The notes under the pieces were generated by a model. That model did not search any database. It was not told the origin of the DNA and was given only the letters and a program-made list of their open reading frames with translations. A DNA stretch of 64,000 bases. Origin: Eledone cirrhosa (lineage: Eukaryota). The translations under genes and the position numbers were made by a program. Shown in pieces: positions 38,674-55,120 of the stretch. The stretch is taken from assembly GCA_964016885.1 (NCBI GenBank), contig OZ024753.1, forward strand, positions 36,580,001 to 36,644,000, given 5' to 3'. Within the stretch, counting starts at the first letter, position 1, and each line of letters opens with the position of its first letter.

Positions 38674-40157
38674 TTTTATCTATAATTACAGAATTCATCA
38701 ATTAAACTTGATTAAACTTAATTAAATCGAATTCTCGTTTCAATAAAATTCTTCTATTTAATTACATTTAAGTCATGAAGTTTATAGAATGAGAATATTA
38801 ATTTTTTTATTGCAGTATGTTTCTGACACTAGAGTCCCTATTCTATTAATACTGAACTTGTATGATAATGATGCCAGTTTGGCCAATGTATATATTTCTA
38901 AGTAATCCGAGCAATTGATACAGTAAATCAGATTTCTGCTTTTACAATTCATATTTTTAAATATTGCAAATTTTTTTTATCCAGGCTTTGTATTGATATA
39001 AGGGCCAACATGTATAAATTGACATGTCATTGCCCTTAGACACTCTGAAGATTTTATTGTTGACTAGATAAAACATTTCACATGTTAACAATTGTTTCAG
39101 GCTTTTTTGGTTAGCTTTTGGTGTCAATAAGCCTTTTATCAGTAGTAAATCCTTTACTTAATTACTCTGTCTGATAATCCAAATGTTTGATTTAGTGAAT
39201 TAAATCGATTGTGTGTCGCTACAAAGGGAACTATATCTTGGAAGTGCGTTTTTTCCTTCTTGTCTTGTCTGAAATTATGTGTGAAGTTCCAGCTGTTGAA
39301 ATTTGATTGATTCTATATATATATATATGTGAAATGAAATATATATATATATTATTAACTTTTACTGTTCTGTACTACAACAGAACCAGAGGTGGTAAGA
39401 GATTCTTTGCAAAGTACAAAATGGTACTATGACAGTATTATATAGAATTAAAGTCTTTACTCTAACGCTATAACTTCTCAGAAAAATCTGTCGAATATTA
39501 ACGCTACTACAAATATTTGAATTAACAAACTCTTTTTAAAATATTTTCTGCTACATTATTACAGGATGATAAGAGTTAATAACTGACACACATAAATATA
39601 TATACACAAAATAATTAATACATTACATATATATATACTATGTATATGTATGTATCTACTACCACAAACACAACTACCTCTCTTTGAATCTCGATATTTC
39701 ACTACTTACCACTTTAAATATATATTTTACAATTTTAAATATTACATCTTTTTTGCATGATTTAAAGTTTTTTTCTTTATTTTTAATAAATATCTTTTGC
39801 AATCTCATTTTTGAAATTTTACATTTTTACCCACATTTCACATTACGTAAATATTTTATTCTGTAAAAGTCTTTCATGCCAACAATAAAGGATTTTATGA
39901 GATTCCTTTGTGCGTTTCTTTATTAAAATACATCTTTTGTTATTAAATTACTACTTCGTAATTGTTATTTGCTTGCTGTTTCATATGGAATTATGTTACA
40001 CAACCATATATACATATCTACTTCTAATCTCACCGCATCTCCATAAACAACACTATGTGTACCTTATGGATTTTCTGCTCACTCTTTTCTGACATTTCAA
40101 ATAATGTCACTTTTCTGATGGTATCAGCTTCCTCTCCCCATTCCTACCTAATACGAC

Positions 40158-40378
40158 TTAACCCTTTAGCATTTAAACTGACCATATCCGGCCAGAATTC
40201 TCTCCCCTCTTTCTGCTCAAACTGGCCGCTCATGCCTACGTTAAGGTATTACTCTCAAAATAAATAACATCAAAATCTCATAGATTCAATATTATGTGAG
40301 ATGATTATGTAAGATAAAGCCTTTACTATAAAAATATAGTATAGTAAATATAGAATAATGTAAATGCTAAAGGGTTAA
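40158..40378. mobile_element. piggyBac-type MITE (TTAA target duplication, CCCTTTAGCATTTA TIRs)
   Basis: TTAA|CCCTTTAGCATTTA ... TAAATGCTAAAGGG|TTAA; partial copies at about 38300-38485, 32705-32858 and 22369-22392. Confidence 0.8.
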
Positions 40379-40761
40379 TACGTTTTTGCTAAGTTTACTT
40401 TTAAGCCGTTCAACTAAGAGGAATACATAGCCAAAGAGGTGGAGGAAAAAGATAGTGAAAGTAGACAGACAGCGTTAGATTAAGGCGGAGATTCTAATAT
40501 GCAAATTATTGTTTTAGCTTGGAAATTGTGCTATGTTTAAATTCCTGTTCATTTTGCTATTTTACTGGTTCCAGGCATTAGACCGCGGCCTTGCCGGAGT
40601 ACCTCTGCAGTCGATCGTTATCGGCCTCAGTAGTTTTCTCTACTAGTCTGGTACTTATTTTATTCGAACCGCTAATTTACATACATACACTCACACACAT
40701 ATGTATATTTGTATATATATATGTATACACATATACTTATATATATATGTATATATATATA

Positions 40762-40820
<59 letters not shown>

Positions 40821-40886
40821 TTATATGTATATGTATATCTATATATGTATATATATATATATGCATATATATATTTATATATTTGT

Positions 40887-41073
40887 AGGAACAAGTATGA
40901 TTCCGACGGCAGAGCTCAAGCCGTTTCGATGGCTAATTCTGGACGTCCAGAAACGGCTTGAGCTCTGCCGTCGGGGTCATACTTGTTCCTATTACCCACT
41001 CTACTACTCTAAGTATTGAGTACTTTGGTGCGTTATGGTCCATCTGGTTCCTGACCACATTTCTTTCGTTGTA
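40887..41073 (+). mobile_element. Family X fold-back element, copy 3
   Basis: Hairpin centred on TCTGGACGTCCAGA; ends in (TA)n. Confidence 0.75.
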
Positions 41074-41239
41074 TATATTTATATATATATATATATATGT
41101 GTGTGTATATATATATATGTGTGTGTATATATATATGTGTGTGTATATATATATATGTGTGTGTATATATATATGTATATATATATATGTGTGTGTATAT
41201 ATATGTATATATATATATGTGTGTGTATATATATGTATA

Positions 41240-41288
<49 letters not shown>

Positions 41289-41339
41289 ATATATGTATAT
41301 ATATATATAGACACACACACATATATGTATATATATACA

Positions 41340-41403
<64 letters not shown>

Positions 41404-41649
41404 TATACTTGTGTGTGACAGAGAGAGAGAGTATATTGATTATTTACATTAAGAGGTAGGCGGAGCTATTTCTTTCACTTCTGGTTGATAAATCCACCAA
41501 AGAATTTGTACTGGACGTTGTTGTTATGGAAGTGAAGGTTGTGGTAGTGTGATGTTTTGATGATTGTGATGAGGGGTGGCTGACATACGGACATGCCTTA
41601 TATGGAAATTAGGGCGGGGTAAAATCTACTTTCATTTCAATGAAATATT

Positions 41650-41747
41650 TAATATGTTGTTCCTCTTTCATATTTCCTCTTCTCGCTCTCTCTCTCTCTC
41701 TTCTCACTATATGTGTATATATATGTATGTGTGTCTCTGTATGTATG

Positions 41748-41780
<33 letters not shown>

Positions 41781-41800
41781 GTTGTTCCTCTTTCATATTT

Positions 41801-41839
<39 letters not shown>

Positions 41840-41932
41840 TACTATATGTGTATGTATATATATATGTGTGTCTCTGTATGTATATATATATATATATGTA
41901 TGTATGTGTTGTTCCTCTTTCATATTTCCTCT

Positions 41933-41969
<37 letters not shown>

Positions 41970-42012
41970 ACTATATGTGTATATATATATATATGTGTGT
42001 CTCTGTATGTAT

Positions 42013-42044
<32 letters not shown>

Positions 42045-42062
42045 TGTTCCTCTTTCATATTT

Positions 42063-42108
<46 letters not shown>

Positions 42109-42136
42109 ACTATATGTGTATGTATATATATATGTG

Positions 42137-42167
<31 letters not shown>

Positions 42168-42363
42168 GTGTGTTTTACTCACCCCCCCCCCCCCTCTCTT
42201 TCTCTGTTTCCCTCACTGTCTCTAAATTTTTCTTTTCTTCTCTCTATCCAAGATCTTATATATCTCTATCACTCTGTTTCTCTCCCTCTTGCTCTCACTC
42301 TTTCCCACTCACTCCCATTATCTGCTCTAACGACCCCCTCCTTTACGCTCATGTACTGCCTGC

Positions 42364-42405
<42 letters not shown>

Positions 42406-42496
42406 TAAACAAGCACTTCCCCCCTGTACATCCCTGCCTCTCCTCTTCCTCATACACACCGATTCCCTCTCTCTCACCTCCCTTTCTTTCTCAGCA

Positions 42497-42540
<44 letters not shown>

Positions 42541-42643
42541 TCTCTCTCTCTATCTACCTCTCTCTGACACTGGCACTTTCTTCCTCACGCTCTAATATAT
42601 ACTCTCTCATCTCCTCTCTCCTTCGTCTTACTCACTCTCTCTT

Positions 42644-42677
<34 letters not shown>

Positions 42678-44350
42678 GTTCTCACGTACTAGTACTTTCT
42701 TCCCTGTCTCTCTCTCTCTCTCTTTCTCTCTCCAACACACTCATACAAAAGCATACACACACACACAAACACACCATACACTCACTTCCAAACACACACA
42801 CATACAAACACACAAACACACCATACACTCACTTCCAAACACACACATAAAAACACACGTCCACACACACACACAAACACACCATACACTCACTTCCAAA
42901 CACACACACATACAAACACACAAACACACCATACACTCACTTCCAAACACACACATAAAAACACACGTCCACACACACACACACAAACACACCATACACT
43001 CACTTCCAAACACACACACATACAAAGACACGTCCACACACACACACACACAAACACACCATACACTCACTTCCAAACACACACACATACAAATACACGT
43101 CCACACACACACACACAAACACACCATACACTCACTTCCAAACACACACACATTCAAACACACGTCCACACACACACACACACAAACACACCATACACTC
43201 ACTTCCAAACACACGTCCACACACACACACACAAACACACCATACACTCACTTCCAAACACACACACATACAAACACGTCCACACACACACACGTCCACA
43301 CACACACATACACAAACACACCATACACTCACTTCCAAACACACACACATTCAAACACACGTCCACACACACAAACACACCATACACTCACTTCCAAACA
43401 CACACACATACAAAGACACGTCCACACACACACACACAACACACCATACACTCACTTCCAAACACACACATACAAACACACATCCACACACACACACACG
43501 CAAACACACCATACACTCACTTCCGAACACACACACATTCAAACACACGTCCACACATACTCCCACACACACATGTACACCTCCCCCCATCAATCCTAGC
43601 CACTATCAATATTATCCTATCTGCACAAACTTGCAATTTCTCTGCTCAACTACACATTCAACGTGTTTGGATTAAAGATTTTTTTTTTCATTGTTTGTAA
43701 ACCAATATACGCATGCGTATTCGGTTAAGTTTTAATATGTATGTGTGTCTGTATGTATCTGATTGTGCATATGCGTTGGTATGTGTGTGTGTACATGTGT
43801 TTGTATATGTATTTGTGTGTGCGTGTTTGTATATGTGTTTGTGTGTGTGTATATCTGTTTGTGCATATGCGTTGGTATGTGTGTATGTATATGTGTTTGT
43901 ATATGTATTTGTGTGTGTGTGTGTTTGTATATGTGCTTGTGTGTGTGTATATCTGTTTGTGCATATGCCTTGGTATGTATATGTGTTTGTATATGTTTGT
44001 GTGTGTTTGTTTGTATATGTGTTTGTGTGTGTGTATCTGTTTGTGTATATGCGTTGGTATGTGTGTATGTATATGTGTTTGTATATGTATTTGTGTGTGT
44101 GTATATCTGTTTGTGCATATGCCTTGGTATGTATATGTGTTTGTATATGTTTGTGTGTGTTTGTTTGTATATGTGCTTGTGTGTGTGTATCTGTTTGTGT
44201 ATATGCGTTGATATGTGTGTATGTATATGTGTTTGTATGTTTGTGTGTTTTTTTTTGTATGTGTTTGTGTGTGTGTGTATCTGTTTGTGTATATACGTTG
44301 GTATATGTGTTTATGTGTGAGTTTGTGTATGTGTGTGAGTGTGTTTGAAC
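41650..44350. repeat. Compound microsatellite-derived arrays: about 130-bp (CT/TA) unit x4, CT-rich tract, CA-rich unit CAAACACACCATACACTCACTTCC, TG-rich array
   Basis: Directly visible periodic low-complexity sequence. Confidence 0.9.
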
Positions 44351-44566
44351 TTATGTTTGTATGTATATATATATGTTTGTGAGAGTGCGGAAGTGTATGT
44401 GGATACAGCATGGTGGAATGGTTAAGAGGTTCGTCTCGCAATCATTAGGCTTTGGGTTCAATCCCACTTCGCAGTATCTTCAGCAAATCTCATTTGCCAT
44501 AACCCCATTCCACCCATGTCTTGTGAGAATGGAGGCTGTTTGGAAGCCTGTCTGTAAATTATTTTG

Positions 44567-44745
44567 GCAGTATCGGTAGAGGGTCGGACGCCATGCTTTG
44601 ACGCATAGAGTTACGCCCCTTGCCAGTCTGAGTTCAAATCCCGCCGAGGTTAACTTTGCCTTTCATCCTTACTGTGTCGATAAAATAAAGTACCAGTAAT
44701 GCACTGGGTAATTGCTGGCCTTGTGCCTAAAGTAGAGATAATTAA
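44567..44745 (+). mobile_element. Main-family SINE
   Basis: Full A box, B box, body and tail. Confidence 0.85.
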
Positions 44746-45476
44746 TATATCATTCTTATCTTTAATCACCTTTAAATGGCAGGAATCAGCATAAACTATA
44801 AGGTGATTAAAGATAAGAATGATATTTTGATAATTTATTGCATAAAGGCTTAGCATATATGGACAAATTACATACATGATAAATCTATGAGTAACTTTAG
44901 AGAAATATCTATTTACAGGGACGAATGTAAAGTTAGAACCTAGGACCTTCTGACTCGAAAATGAACTTCTTATTGTAGCGACATGACTGATATAGGAAAA
45001 GCATTGTATATATATATATATTTATATATATACACAAATATATATGGTGGCGTATTATTGTGGTTAATTTTCCCACGAAATTATCGGTTAGTTTTCGCCC
45101 ACATCAAACAACCTTATATAAAGCATTATACAGTGAATCAGTCTCCGTGTTCGAATTATGAAGTGTTTTAGCTAAAGGCTATATATTATCAATTTGACAC
45201 GACGATAAAAAATATATTTTTCAAAAACAGATGGATCTTAACGAAACGAAATGAAATATATAGATAAGACACCTATATTTAAGGTTTTACATAAGACAGC
45301 GATTATATTTCTTGAGTTTGATGATATATGAGGAAACACCTAAATATATACACTCATACTACGCAGACACGTACATATGTTTTCTTGTATATGTATATAA
45401 ATAAATATATATACATACATATATACATACATATATACTCATATATATTCTTATATATCGAGAGCCTTTCTATATT

Positions 45477-45651
<175 letters not shown>

Positions 45652-45841
45652 ATATATATATATATATATATAAGGACTTACTAGATCTACATAACAAAAT
45701 TATAAAATTATCAAACTGTAAATATATAAAATTAAATTGTTTAGAATACCAACTACAAGTGAGGCCATTGTTTTCCTTTTTTTCACATATATACAAACAT
45801 ATATACATATAAATATTATATACATATATATATACATATAT

Positions 45842-45926
<85 letters not shown>

Positions 45927-46294
45927 TATATATATATGCATATACATTTAGTTCGTGTATAAGTCGTAATCTTTACTCTCGACTGCTTCTTATTAATCAT
46001 ACACCTGTCTTTCTGACCTTAGTTGTCACTGCTATAACAGACAGTGTTTATCGCACACTGACGAGCGACATCTATTCTAAGGCCGTTTGACAATTTACAA
46101 TACACCCACATCTAAATACAATGTAAATACTCGTTTGTTTCAACCCTCGTATCTAACCTTACCATTTATACATCTTTTACTTATATATATTCATGTATTC
46201 ATTCATCCATTTATTACATTTATTATTCATTCATAAATATATATTGGATGTAAATAGATAGTGAGGGAAGAATCTGCATATATATCTATATATA

Positions 46295-46466
<172 letters not shown>

Positions 46467-46681
46467 TATATATATTTATATATGTACACACACTCACACA
46501 CACACATATATATATATACATATATATACATATATATTATATACATGTGTGTATGTGTAGATGATATATACTCATAAAACAGTTTTTCCCACGGTCTATT
46601 TACAACAAGCTTATTTATGAATGAATAAATGAAACTAGTGACACACGCACACATATACATATATATATACACACACACATT

Positions 46682-46714
<33 letters not shown>

Positions 46715-46837
46715 ATGTGTGTATATATACACATACATATATATATATACATGTAGCTAACTCGGAAATAACATAATTTGTCATTTATTACCATATTATG
46801 TCGGTCAATTTGCAGAACGATAAAAGATTAATTCTCT

Positions 46838-47304
46838 ATCACCATCACCACCGCCACCTTCACCATCACCACCGCCACCTTCACTATTATCACTAGTACC
46901 ATGACCATCATCACAACCACTACCACCACCATCATGATCACTACTAACACGACCATCATCATCAGAACCACATTCACCATCACTACTGCCATCACCACCA
47001 TCACCACCGCCACTGCCACCTTCACCATCACCACTGCCACCGCCACTGCCACCTTCACCATCACCACCGCTACCTTCACCATCACCACTGCCACCACTAC
47101 CATCGCCACCACCATCACCACCGCCACTATCGTCATCACCACTGTCACCATCACTATTACCATCATGATCTTTAACACTACCACCACAACCATCATCACT
47201 ACCACCATAGTCAATGCTACCACCACCCTCAACTCATATTTTTTCTCCGAATCGTCATCATCATCATCCAGATCCTTACAAACATCATCACACTCATCAT
47301 CATT

Positions 47305-47378
<74 letters not shown>

Positions 47379-47560
47379 CCAGATCCTTATAAACATCATT
47401 ACACTCATCATCATCATCATCATCATCATTATTATCATCACTATTATCATCACAATCAGCCCCACCACCACCACTATCACCATCATCATTTCACTCATCT
47501 TCATCATCACCAGTGTCATCACCATCACCACTACCACCATCATCATCATCATCATCTTTA
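46838..47560. repeat. (CAC)n and (CAT)n trinucleotide microsatellites
   Basis: Direct observation. Confidence 0.95.
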
Positions 47561-47600
47561 TCATTATGATATTAGTTCTTATTACCATGATCATCAAATG

Positions 47601-47822
47601 AGGGCGGTGGATTGGCCGTATCGGTAGAGTGTCGGGTGCCATTCTTTGCAGCATAGAGTTACGGCCCTTTATGATCTGAGTTCAAATCCGGCCGAGGTTA
47701 ACTTCGCCTTTCATCATTACGGAGTCGATAAAATAAAGTACCAGTAAAGCACTGGGGTCGATTTAATCGACTTTTTCCTCCCCCAAAATTGTTGGCCTTG
47801 TGCCTATATAAGAAACCATTAT
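47601..47822 (+). mobile_element. Main-family SINE (longer tail variant)
   Basis: GGGCGGTGGATTGGCCGTATCGG ... GAGTTCAAATCC ... GTCGATAAAATAAAGTACCAG. Confidence 0.85.
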
Positions 47823-48009
47823 CATTAACTTCATGTTTCCTCTTCCTTCTCCTCCTCCTCCTCCTCCTCCTCCTCCTCCTCCTCCTCCTCAACATCATCA
47901 TCATCATCACCTCTGACATTTTTTTAATGATTGTTATCATCGTTGTCGTCATCTTAGTGGTCATTGTTGTGTACGATTGACGTCACATCTCAGCAGGGAT
48001 CTGAGACGG

Positions 48010-48690
48010 CTAACCAACCAACCAACCCACCAGCCAACCAGTCAGCCAGCACTCAAACCCACCAGCCAGCCAAACCTTCAACTAGGCAACCCACGAACCA
48101 ACCCACCAACCAACCTACCAACCAGCAAACTCACCAAACAGCCCTCCAACCCACCAACAAAACAACCAACCAATCCACCAACCAACCAATCGACCAGTCA
48201 ACCAGCACTTCAAGCAATCAACCTACCAGCCAGCTAGCCAAACCTTCAAGTAGGCAACCCACCAACCAAACAACCAGCCAATCCACCAACCAACCCACCA
48301 ACCAGCCAACCAGCCCTCCGACCAACAAGACAACCAACCAGCCCGCCAACCCACCACCAAGACAACCAGCCAACCAACAAACCCACCAACCAACCAGCCA
48401 ACAAACCCACCAACCCACCAACAAGACAACCAGCCAGCCAGCCAACCAACAAACCCACCAACCAACCAGCCAACAAACCCACCAACCCACCAACAAGACA
48501 ACCAGCCAGCCAGCCAACCAACAAACCCACCAACCAACCAGCCAACAAACCCACCAACCCACCAACAAGACAACCAGCCAGCCAACCAACCAACAAACCC
48601 ACCAACCCACCAACAAGACAACCAGCCAGCCAACCAACCAACAAACCCACCAACCCACCAACAAGACAACCAGCCAGTCAACCAACACAG
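48010..48690. repeat. (CCAA/CCAG)n-derived higher-order repeat
   Basis: Direct observation. Confidence 0.9.
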
Positions 48691-48999
48691 CCGATCTCTC
48701 AAGAAAAAGTCTTATTGTCAGAACGAAAATAGTGAAACGTTGTTAACTCTTTCATATCTTGAGTTCCCTACAACTGGAGCACCCTGTTGTTTTTGTTTAA
48801 TACTCCATTGAACCCCCCCCCCCCCACACACACACACCTGCCACCCCCCACTTACCACCACCCTACCCCTCACCCCACACCTACCCTCACCCCCCACAAA
48901 CCACACATTCAGCCGTGTTATTGTTTATTTGTTGTTTTCCTGCACATCCTCAATGGGTTTTTTCTACATTTCTCTTTTGTTTGTAGTTGATGTCCTTGC

Positions 49000-49054
<55 letters not shown>

Positions 49055-49100
49055 GTATTAGTAGAAGTATTAGTAGTAGTAGTAGTAGTAGTAGTAGTAA

Positions 49101-49149
<49 letters not shown>

Positions 49150-49247
49150 TCCTGTAGTAGTAGTAGTTCTTGTTGTAGTAGCAATTGCTGTTGTTGTTGA
49201 TGTCTTTGCATTAGTTTTTGCTATTGTTGATGATGATAATGTCCTTA

Positions 49248-49293
<46 letters not shown>

Positions 49294-49450
49294 GGTGGTG
49301 GTGATGGTGTTAGTAGTAGTAGTGGTGATGGTGTTAGTAGTAGTAGTAGTGGTGATGGTGTTTATAGTAGTAGTAGTAGTTGTGAGCGTGTTAGTAGTAG
49401 TAGTGGTCGTAGTAGTGGTAGTAGTAGTAGTAATAGTAGTAGTAGTTTTT
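49000..49450. repeat. (GTA)n microsatellite
   Basis: Direct observation. Confidence 0.95.
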
Positions 49451-49974
49451 GTTGTTGTTTTTACCGTTGTAATTTTTTAACATCCTAAGGGGTTTTTTTG
49501 ACTTTATTTTCTATTTATCTATTTATATATTTTATCCCTTCTTTATTCACCAGCAAGTGCCGTCTAATCTTTTCCTTCCCAGGCATTAAACTATCCTTTC
49601 ACAATCCAGCTAACTTCATTCTTTTATACAGTATATTTACCGAACATATACCTTGCAGGCATTGCTTCGTGTCCCTCCCTGGTCAATACACTTAGCGCTC
49701 TACTTGACTACGATTCTCGTGCACGTTCAAGAAATTATAGGGTCGTATGTATTAGGGTAAAGAGAGCGTGGATGGCTATGTTACAACATGTTTGGCTGGG
49801 AGATTTAATAAACGAACTAGTAGAGAAATAGAGAAATGGGCAATGACAGTTCGTGCATTATCATCGACTTAACCTATTTATTATGATGCGTTTAATGAAA
49901 TACACTGTCAATGTGTTTCAATTCATTTTGAAAAAAATTTTTTTAAAATGTAATTGGTACGAAAGATTGCGAAG

Positions 49975-50345
49975 CTCGATGATCAGAGAGTCACTCTAGG
50001 TTGAGCCTCTACTTTTCCGAATTCAGGGCTCACAGCTTCAATACCATGGGCATGTGGTTAAAATGTCCCAGGAAAGAATCACTGGACAGATTTGTAGCTC
50101 GTAGATCAGAGAGTCACTCTAGGTTGAGCCTCTACTTTTCCGAATTCAGGGCTCACAGCTTCGATACCATGGGCATGTGGTTAAAATGTCCCAGGAAAGA
50201 ATCACTGGATAGATTTGTAGCTCGTAGATCAGAGAGTCACTCCAGGGAGAGCCTTTACTTTTCCGAATTCAGAGCTGACAGCTCGATAATATGGGTATGT
50301 GGTTAGAATATCCCAGGAAAGAATCGCTGGACAGATTTTACGAGC
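49975..50345. repeat. 123-bp tandem repeat, 3 copies
   Basis: GATCAGAGAGTCACTC starts at 49981, 50104 and 50227; a related tail occurs at about 58165. Confidence 0.9.
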
Positions 50346-50658
50346 AAAACCAACCTCTTCTTCTTCTTCTTCTTCTGAACCATCACCCCTCCTTCTCTTC
50401 TTCATCACCATCATCATTATCATCATCATTCTTCTTCTTCTTCTTCTTCTTCTTCTTCTTCTTCTTCTTCTTCTTCTTCTTCTTCTTCTTCTTCTTCTTC
50501 TTCTTCTTCTTCTTCTTCTTCTTCTTCTTCTTCCAGCATGTCAGGGCACACCTGGGTCACATTTAGACAGCAACCGTCTAAGCTTCGGTTTTTTCACTAT
50601 TGCAAGGAGTGTTTTTTTGTCTGTCAGCATATTCGTTAACTTGTTGCCTGGCAAAGCT

Positions 50659-50737
<79 letters not shown>

Positions 50738-50891
50738 GTCTACATGCGTGTGCATTTGCGTGTATACATAAAAGCATACATGTATGTATGCTTGTTTATC
50801 TACATCGATCTATATATATAAATTCAGAAAGATTTATATGAGTGTGTGGGTGCATACATACATGCATACATACATCATATATATATATACA

Positions 50892-50944
<53 letters not shown>

Positions 50945-51153
50945 ATATATATATATATATATATATAGTTTTAATATAGATGAGATTCTACAGGACTAGA
51001 ACTGTTTCATTCATTAGAAATCATCAGGAATCTGGGTATCAAAAAATAAATATGGTATTTATAGGTCTCTACAAGTGGTAGGAGAGGGTGGGGAGTGGGA
51101 TGGGTGCAGGTCATTGGTTGATAGAGAAGGGAATTCATTAAAGGCTAATTCTA

Positions 51154-52617
51154 CTCTGGAGTAGAACATCTGAGGCAATATCATGGTTCCAAGAATTACC
51201 CGATAAACACCACACTCGCTTCCTGCAACTCGACATAGAAAACTACTATGCCTCTATCTCGGAGCCCCTCCTGAAGGACGCAATTAACTTTGCCAGGAAT
51301 TTTACCACCATTACCGATGCTGAGCAAGTTATTATCCTCCACGCTCGTAAGACCTTTCTATACCACGATGGATCTTACTGGATCAACAAGAAATCTCAGA
51401 CCCCATTTGACGTTAGCATGGGGGCGAGTGACTCGGCTGAAATTAGCGACCTTGTGGGCCTGTACATCCTACATAACCTGAAGAACCTCTTTACCGGCCT
51501 TACTGGAGGTTTATACCGAGACGACGGCCTCTTCGCCCTGCATAAGGTTAGCCCCAGAACCACCGATGGGTTTCGGAAAAACTTAAGCTCTTACTTCTCT
51601 AATCTAGGATTTAGTATTACTATAGATTCTAATTTGACTAGGGCCAACTTCTTAGATGTCACTCTCGACCTAGATACTTCCCTCTATTACCCGTACCACA
51701 AACCTAACGAGTCCCTTAAATATATTAATGTTAATTCAAACCACCCCCAAAACATTACTGATAACCTAGTAAAAAGCGTCTCTATTAGAATATCTGGCCT
51801 CTCCGCCAACAAAGATATTTTTAATGCATCTGCCTCCTACTACAATGACGCCCTAGCCCGTAGCGGATTTAAAGATAAGATAACTTACCTAGAAACCACC
51901 GCAAAATTGCAGAGGAGGAATAGACATAGGCAGATTAGCTGGTACAACCCTCCCTTCAATAGAGAGGTATCTACTCCGATAGCTAGGATTTTCTTCACTT
52001 TACTGAAATTACACTTCCCCATACAACATAGGTACTACACCATCTTTAATAAGAACACTATAAGACTGTCTTACTCCACCACACCTAACCTAGCTAGGAA
52101 TATAGCCAACCACAACTCTAAACTAAATAAGCCAACCACCTCCGAAACCAATCCCCGGACTGGGGCTCTATGTAATTGCCTAAATAAGGAAACATGCCCA
52201 CTAGAAAACAAATGCCTCACAAACGACATCGTATACAAATGCGATGTCATCTCGGGCACCGAGGATTGCAAAAAAACTTACATCGGCATGACATCCAACA
52301 CCTTTAAGACCCGCTGGTATGCCCATACCCACTCCTTCAGAAGACCGGATAAATCAAACCAAACAACACTCGCCTCCTACGTTTGGGACCTCAAAAGGAA
52401 CTCCACCCCCTTCACGCTTAATTGGAAAATACTCCAGAAAGCGCGCTCTTACGACGGAGGACACAAGGGCTGCGACCTTTGTATTTCAGAGAGTTACGAA
52501 ATTTTATTCGCCAAGGGCCCGCTACTGAACAAACTCTCTGAACACTGCCCGAACTGCATGCACAAGAACTTTGCAACATTCAAACACTTTAAGCCAGTGT
52601 TAAAGCCCGATGGCTAA
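51154..52617 (+). CDS. Penelope-like RT + GIY-YIG endonuclease ORF (5'-truncated; frame open from the inversion junction)
   Basis: [54 protein letters not shown], Cys linker [43 protein letters not shown]; no stops. Confidence 0.92.
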   Translation, partial: LWSRTSEAISWFQELPDKHHTRFLQLDIENYYASISEPLLKDAINFARNFTTITDAEQVIILHARKTFLYHDGSYWINKKSQTPFDVSMGASDSAEISDLVGLYILHNLKNLFTGLTGGLYRDDGLFALHKVSPRTTDGFRKNLSSYFSNLGFSITIDSNLTRANFLDVTLDLDTSLYYPYHKPNESLKYINVNSNHPQNITDNLVKSVSIRISGLSANKDIFNASASYYNDALARSGFKDKITYLETTAKLQRRNRHRQISWYNPPFNREVSTPIARIFFTLLKLHFPIQHRYYTIFNKNTIRLSYSTTPNLARNIANHNSKLNKPTTSETNPRTGALCNCLNKETCPLENKCLTNDIVYKCDVISGTEDCKKTYIGMTSNTFKTRWYAHTHSFRRPDKSNQTTLASYVWDLKRNSTPFTLNWKILQKARSYDGGHKGCDLCISESYEILFAKGPLLNKLSEHCPNCMHKNFATFKHFKPVLKPDG

Positions 52618-52749
52618 AAACGACCTCCCCCTATTGGCCCCTATACCTCCTCCCCACCCTACCCCCACCCCTCCTCAACCTGAAATACGGCCACTATGGT
52701 CATGTGAGTACCTCTTTTGTATCTACTTTTTCTGCCTGTAGAGGTGTCT

Positions 52750-52918
52750 TTATGTGCCTGTGTATATGCGTATATTTATTGAGTACCTATTTACTTGTAT
52801 GTGTATATATTTGTTTGTATATGTGTATATGTGTATGTGTTGTGTGTGTGTATATATATATGTATGTGTATGTGTATATATATATGTATATGTATATATA
52901 TATATATGTATATATATT

Positions 52919-52957
<39 letters not shown>

Positions 52958-53099
52958 ATGTATATATGTGTATATATATATATATGTTTGTGTGAATACG
53001 TGTTTTATGTGTGTATATTTATGCAGGTATATGTTTGTATGTGTCTGTATTTATGTATGTATGTATGTATGTATGTGTGTGTATGTATGTATATATATA

Positions 53100-53138
<39 letters not shown>

Positions 53139-53335
53139 GTGTATATATATATATATATGTATGTGTATGTATATGTATGTGTATGTATATGTGTGTGTGT
53201 ATGTATGTGTATGTATATGTATGTTTGTATATGTGTGTGTGTATATATTTGTCTGTATATATGTGTATATGTGTATATGTATGTGTATGTGTGTGTATAT
53301 ATATATATATATGTATGTGTATATATATGTATATA

Positions 53336-53375
<40 letters not shown>

Positions 53376-53467
53376 TATATGTGTGTATATATATATATAT
53401 ATATGTGTGTATGTATATATATATATATATATACGTGTGCGTGTGCGTATGTGTGTGTATATGTGTG

Positions 53468-53508
<41 letters not shown>

Positions 53509-53752
53509 ATTTGTATGTGTTTGTGTGTATGTATATGTATATATATGTGTGTATGTGTGTGTATTTGTGAGTGTATATGTACATATATGTGTGTGTGTGT
53601 ATGTACGTATGTGTATGTATATGTATGTGCATGTGTATATGCATGCGTGTGTATATATATATATATGTATATATATGTATATATATGTATATGTGTATGT
53701 ATGTGTATGTGTATCTGTGTGTATGTATGTATTTGTATGTGTCTGTGTATAT

Positions 53753-53802
<50 letters not shown>

Positions 53803-53905
53803 ATATATATATATATATATGTATGTATATATATGTGCATGAGAGAGAGAATGTGTGTGTGTATATATATTTTGTGTGTGGGTGTGTGTATGTGTGTATG
53901 CACGC

Positions 53906-53977
<72 letters not shown>

Positions 53978-53993
53978 ATGTGTGTGTGTATGC

Positions 53994-54045
<52 letters not shown>

Positions 54046-54150
54046 GTGTGTATGTATATATGTGTGTGTATTTGTGCGTTATATCTCTGTATATATATGT
54101 GTATATTTATGTATAGGTCTGTGTATGCATGTGTATGTTTGTGTATGTAT

Positions 54151-54194
<44 letters not shown>

Positions 54195-54219
54195 ATATAT
54201 ATATATATATATACATGTG

Positions 54220-54250
<31 letters not shown>

Positions 54251-54463
54251 GTATTTGTATGTGTGTGTTTAGAGAGATATATATATATATGTATGTATGT
54301 ATGTGTGTGTGTATGTATGTATGTGTGTATATATATATATATATGTATATGTATATGTGCATGTATATATATGTATGTATGTGTATATATATGTATATGT
54401 ATATATATGTATATGTATGTGTATATATATGTGTATGTGTGTGTGTATGTATGTGTGTATATG

Positions 54464-54512
<49 letters not shown>

Positions 54513-54657
54513 GTGTGTGTATGTGTGTGTGTATAGATATTTATACATATGTATATTCGTGTTTGTATGTATGCGTGTGAGTGTATTTACTTGTGTATAT
54601 ATATGTGTGTATGTGTGTATGTATGTGTATGTGTCTGTGTATCCGTGTGTGTGTGTG

Positions 54658-54692
<35 letters not shown>

Positions 54693-54697
54693 GTATG

Positions 54698-54748
<51 letters not shown>

Positions 54749-54854
54749 GTATATATATGTGTGTGTGTATATATATATGTATATATATATGTATGTATGT
54801 GTGTGTGTGTGTATGTGTGTATATATATATATGTGTATATATGTATATGTATGT

Positions 54855-54928
<74 letters not shown>

Positions 54929-55120
54929 ATATGTGTGCGTATGTATATGTGTATATGTATATTTATATATGTATGTATGTATGTATGTGTGTATGTATGT
55001 GCGTGTACATGAATATATATTTGTATATATTTATATACTTTTTTTATATATGTGTGTGTGTTTTTATGTGTGTATTTGTGTTTATGTGTGTGTTTATGGT
55101 TGCGCGTAAGTGTGTGAGTG
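52750..55120. repeat. Compound (TA)n/(TG)n microsatellite
   Basis: Direct observation. Confidence 0.97.

Noticed and set aside
46828-47654. His-, Thr- or Met-rich proteins (also 48929-49480 and 60077-60740)
   Set aside because: Trinucleotide microsatellites open in several frames
47964-48746. 260-aa Q/P/T/N-rich ORF as another family member
   Set aside because: Derived from a (CCAA)n microsatellite; no shared promoter, RxxPY motif or downstream exons
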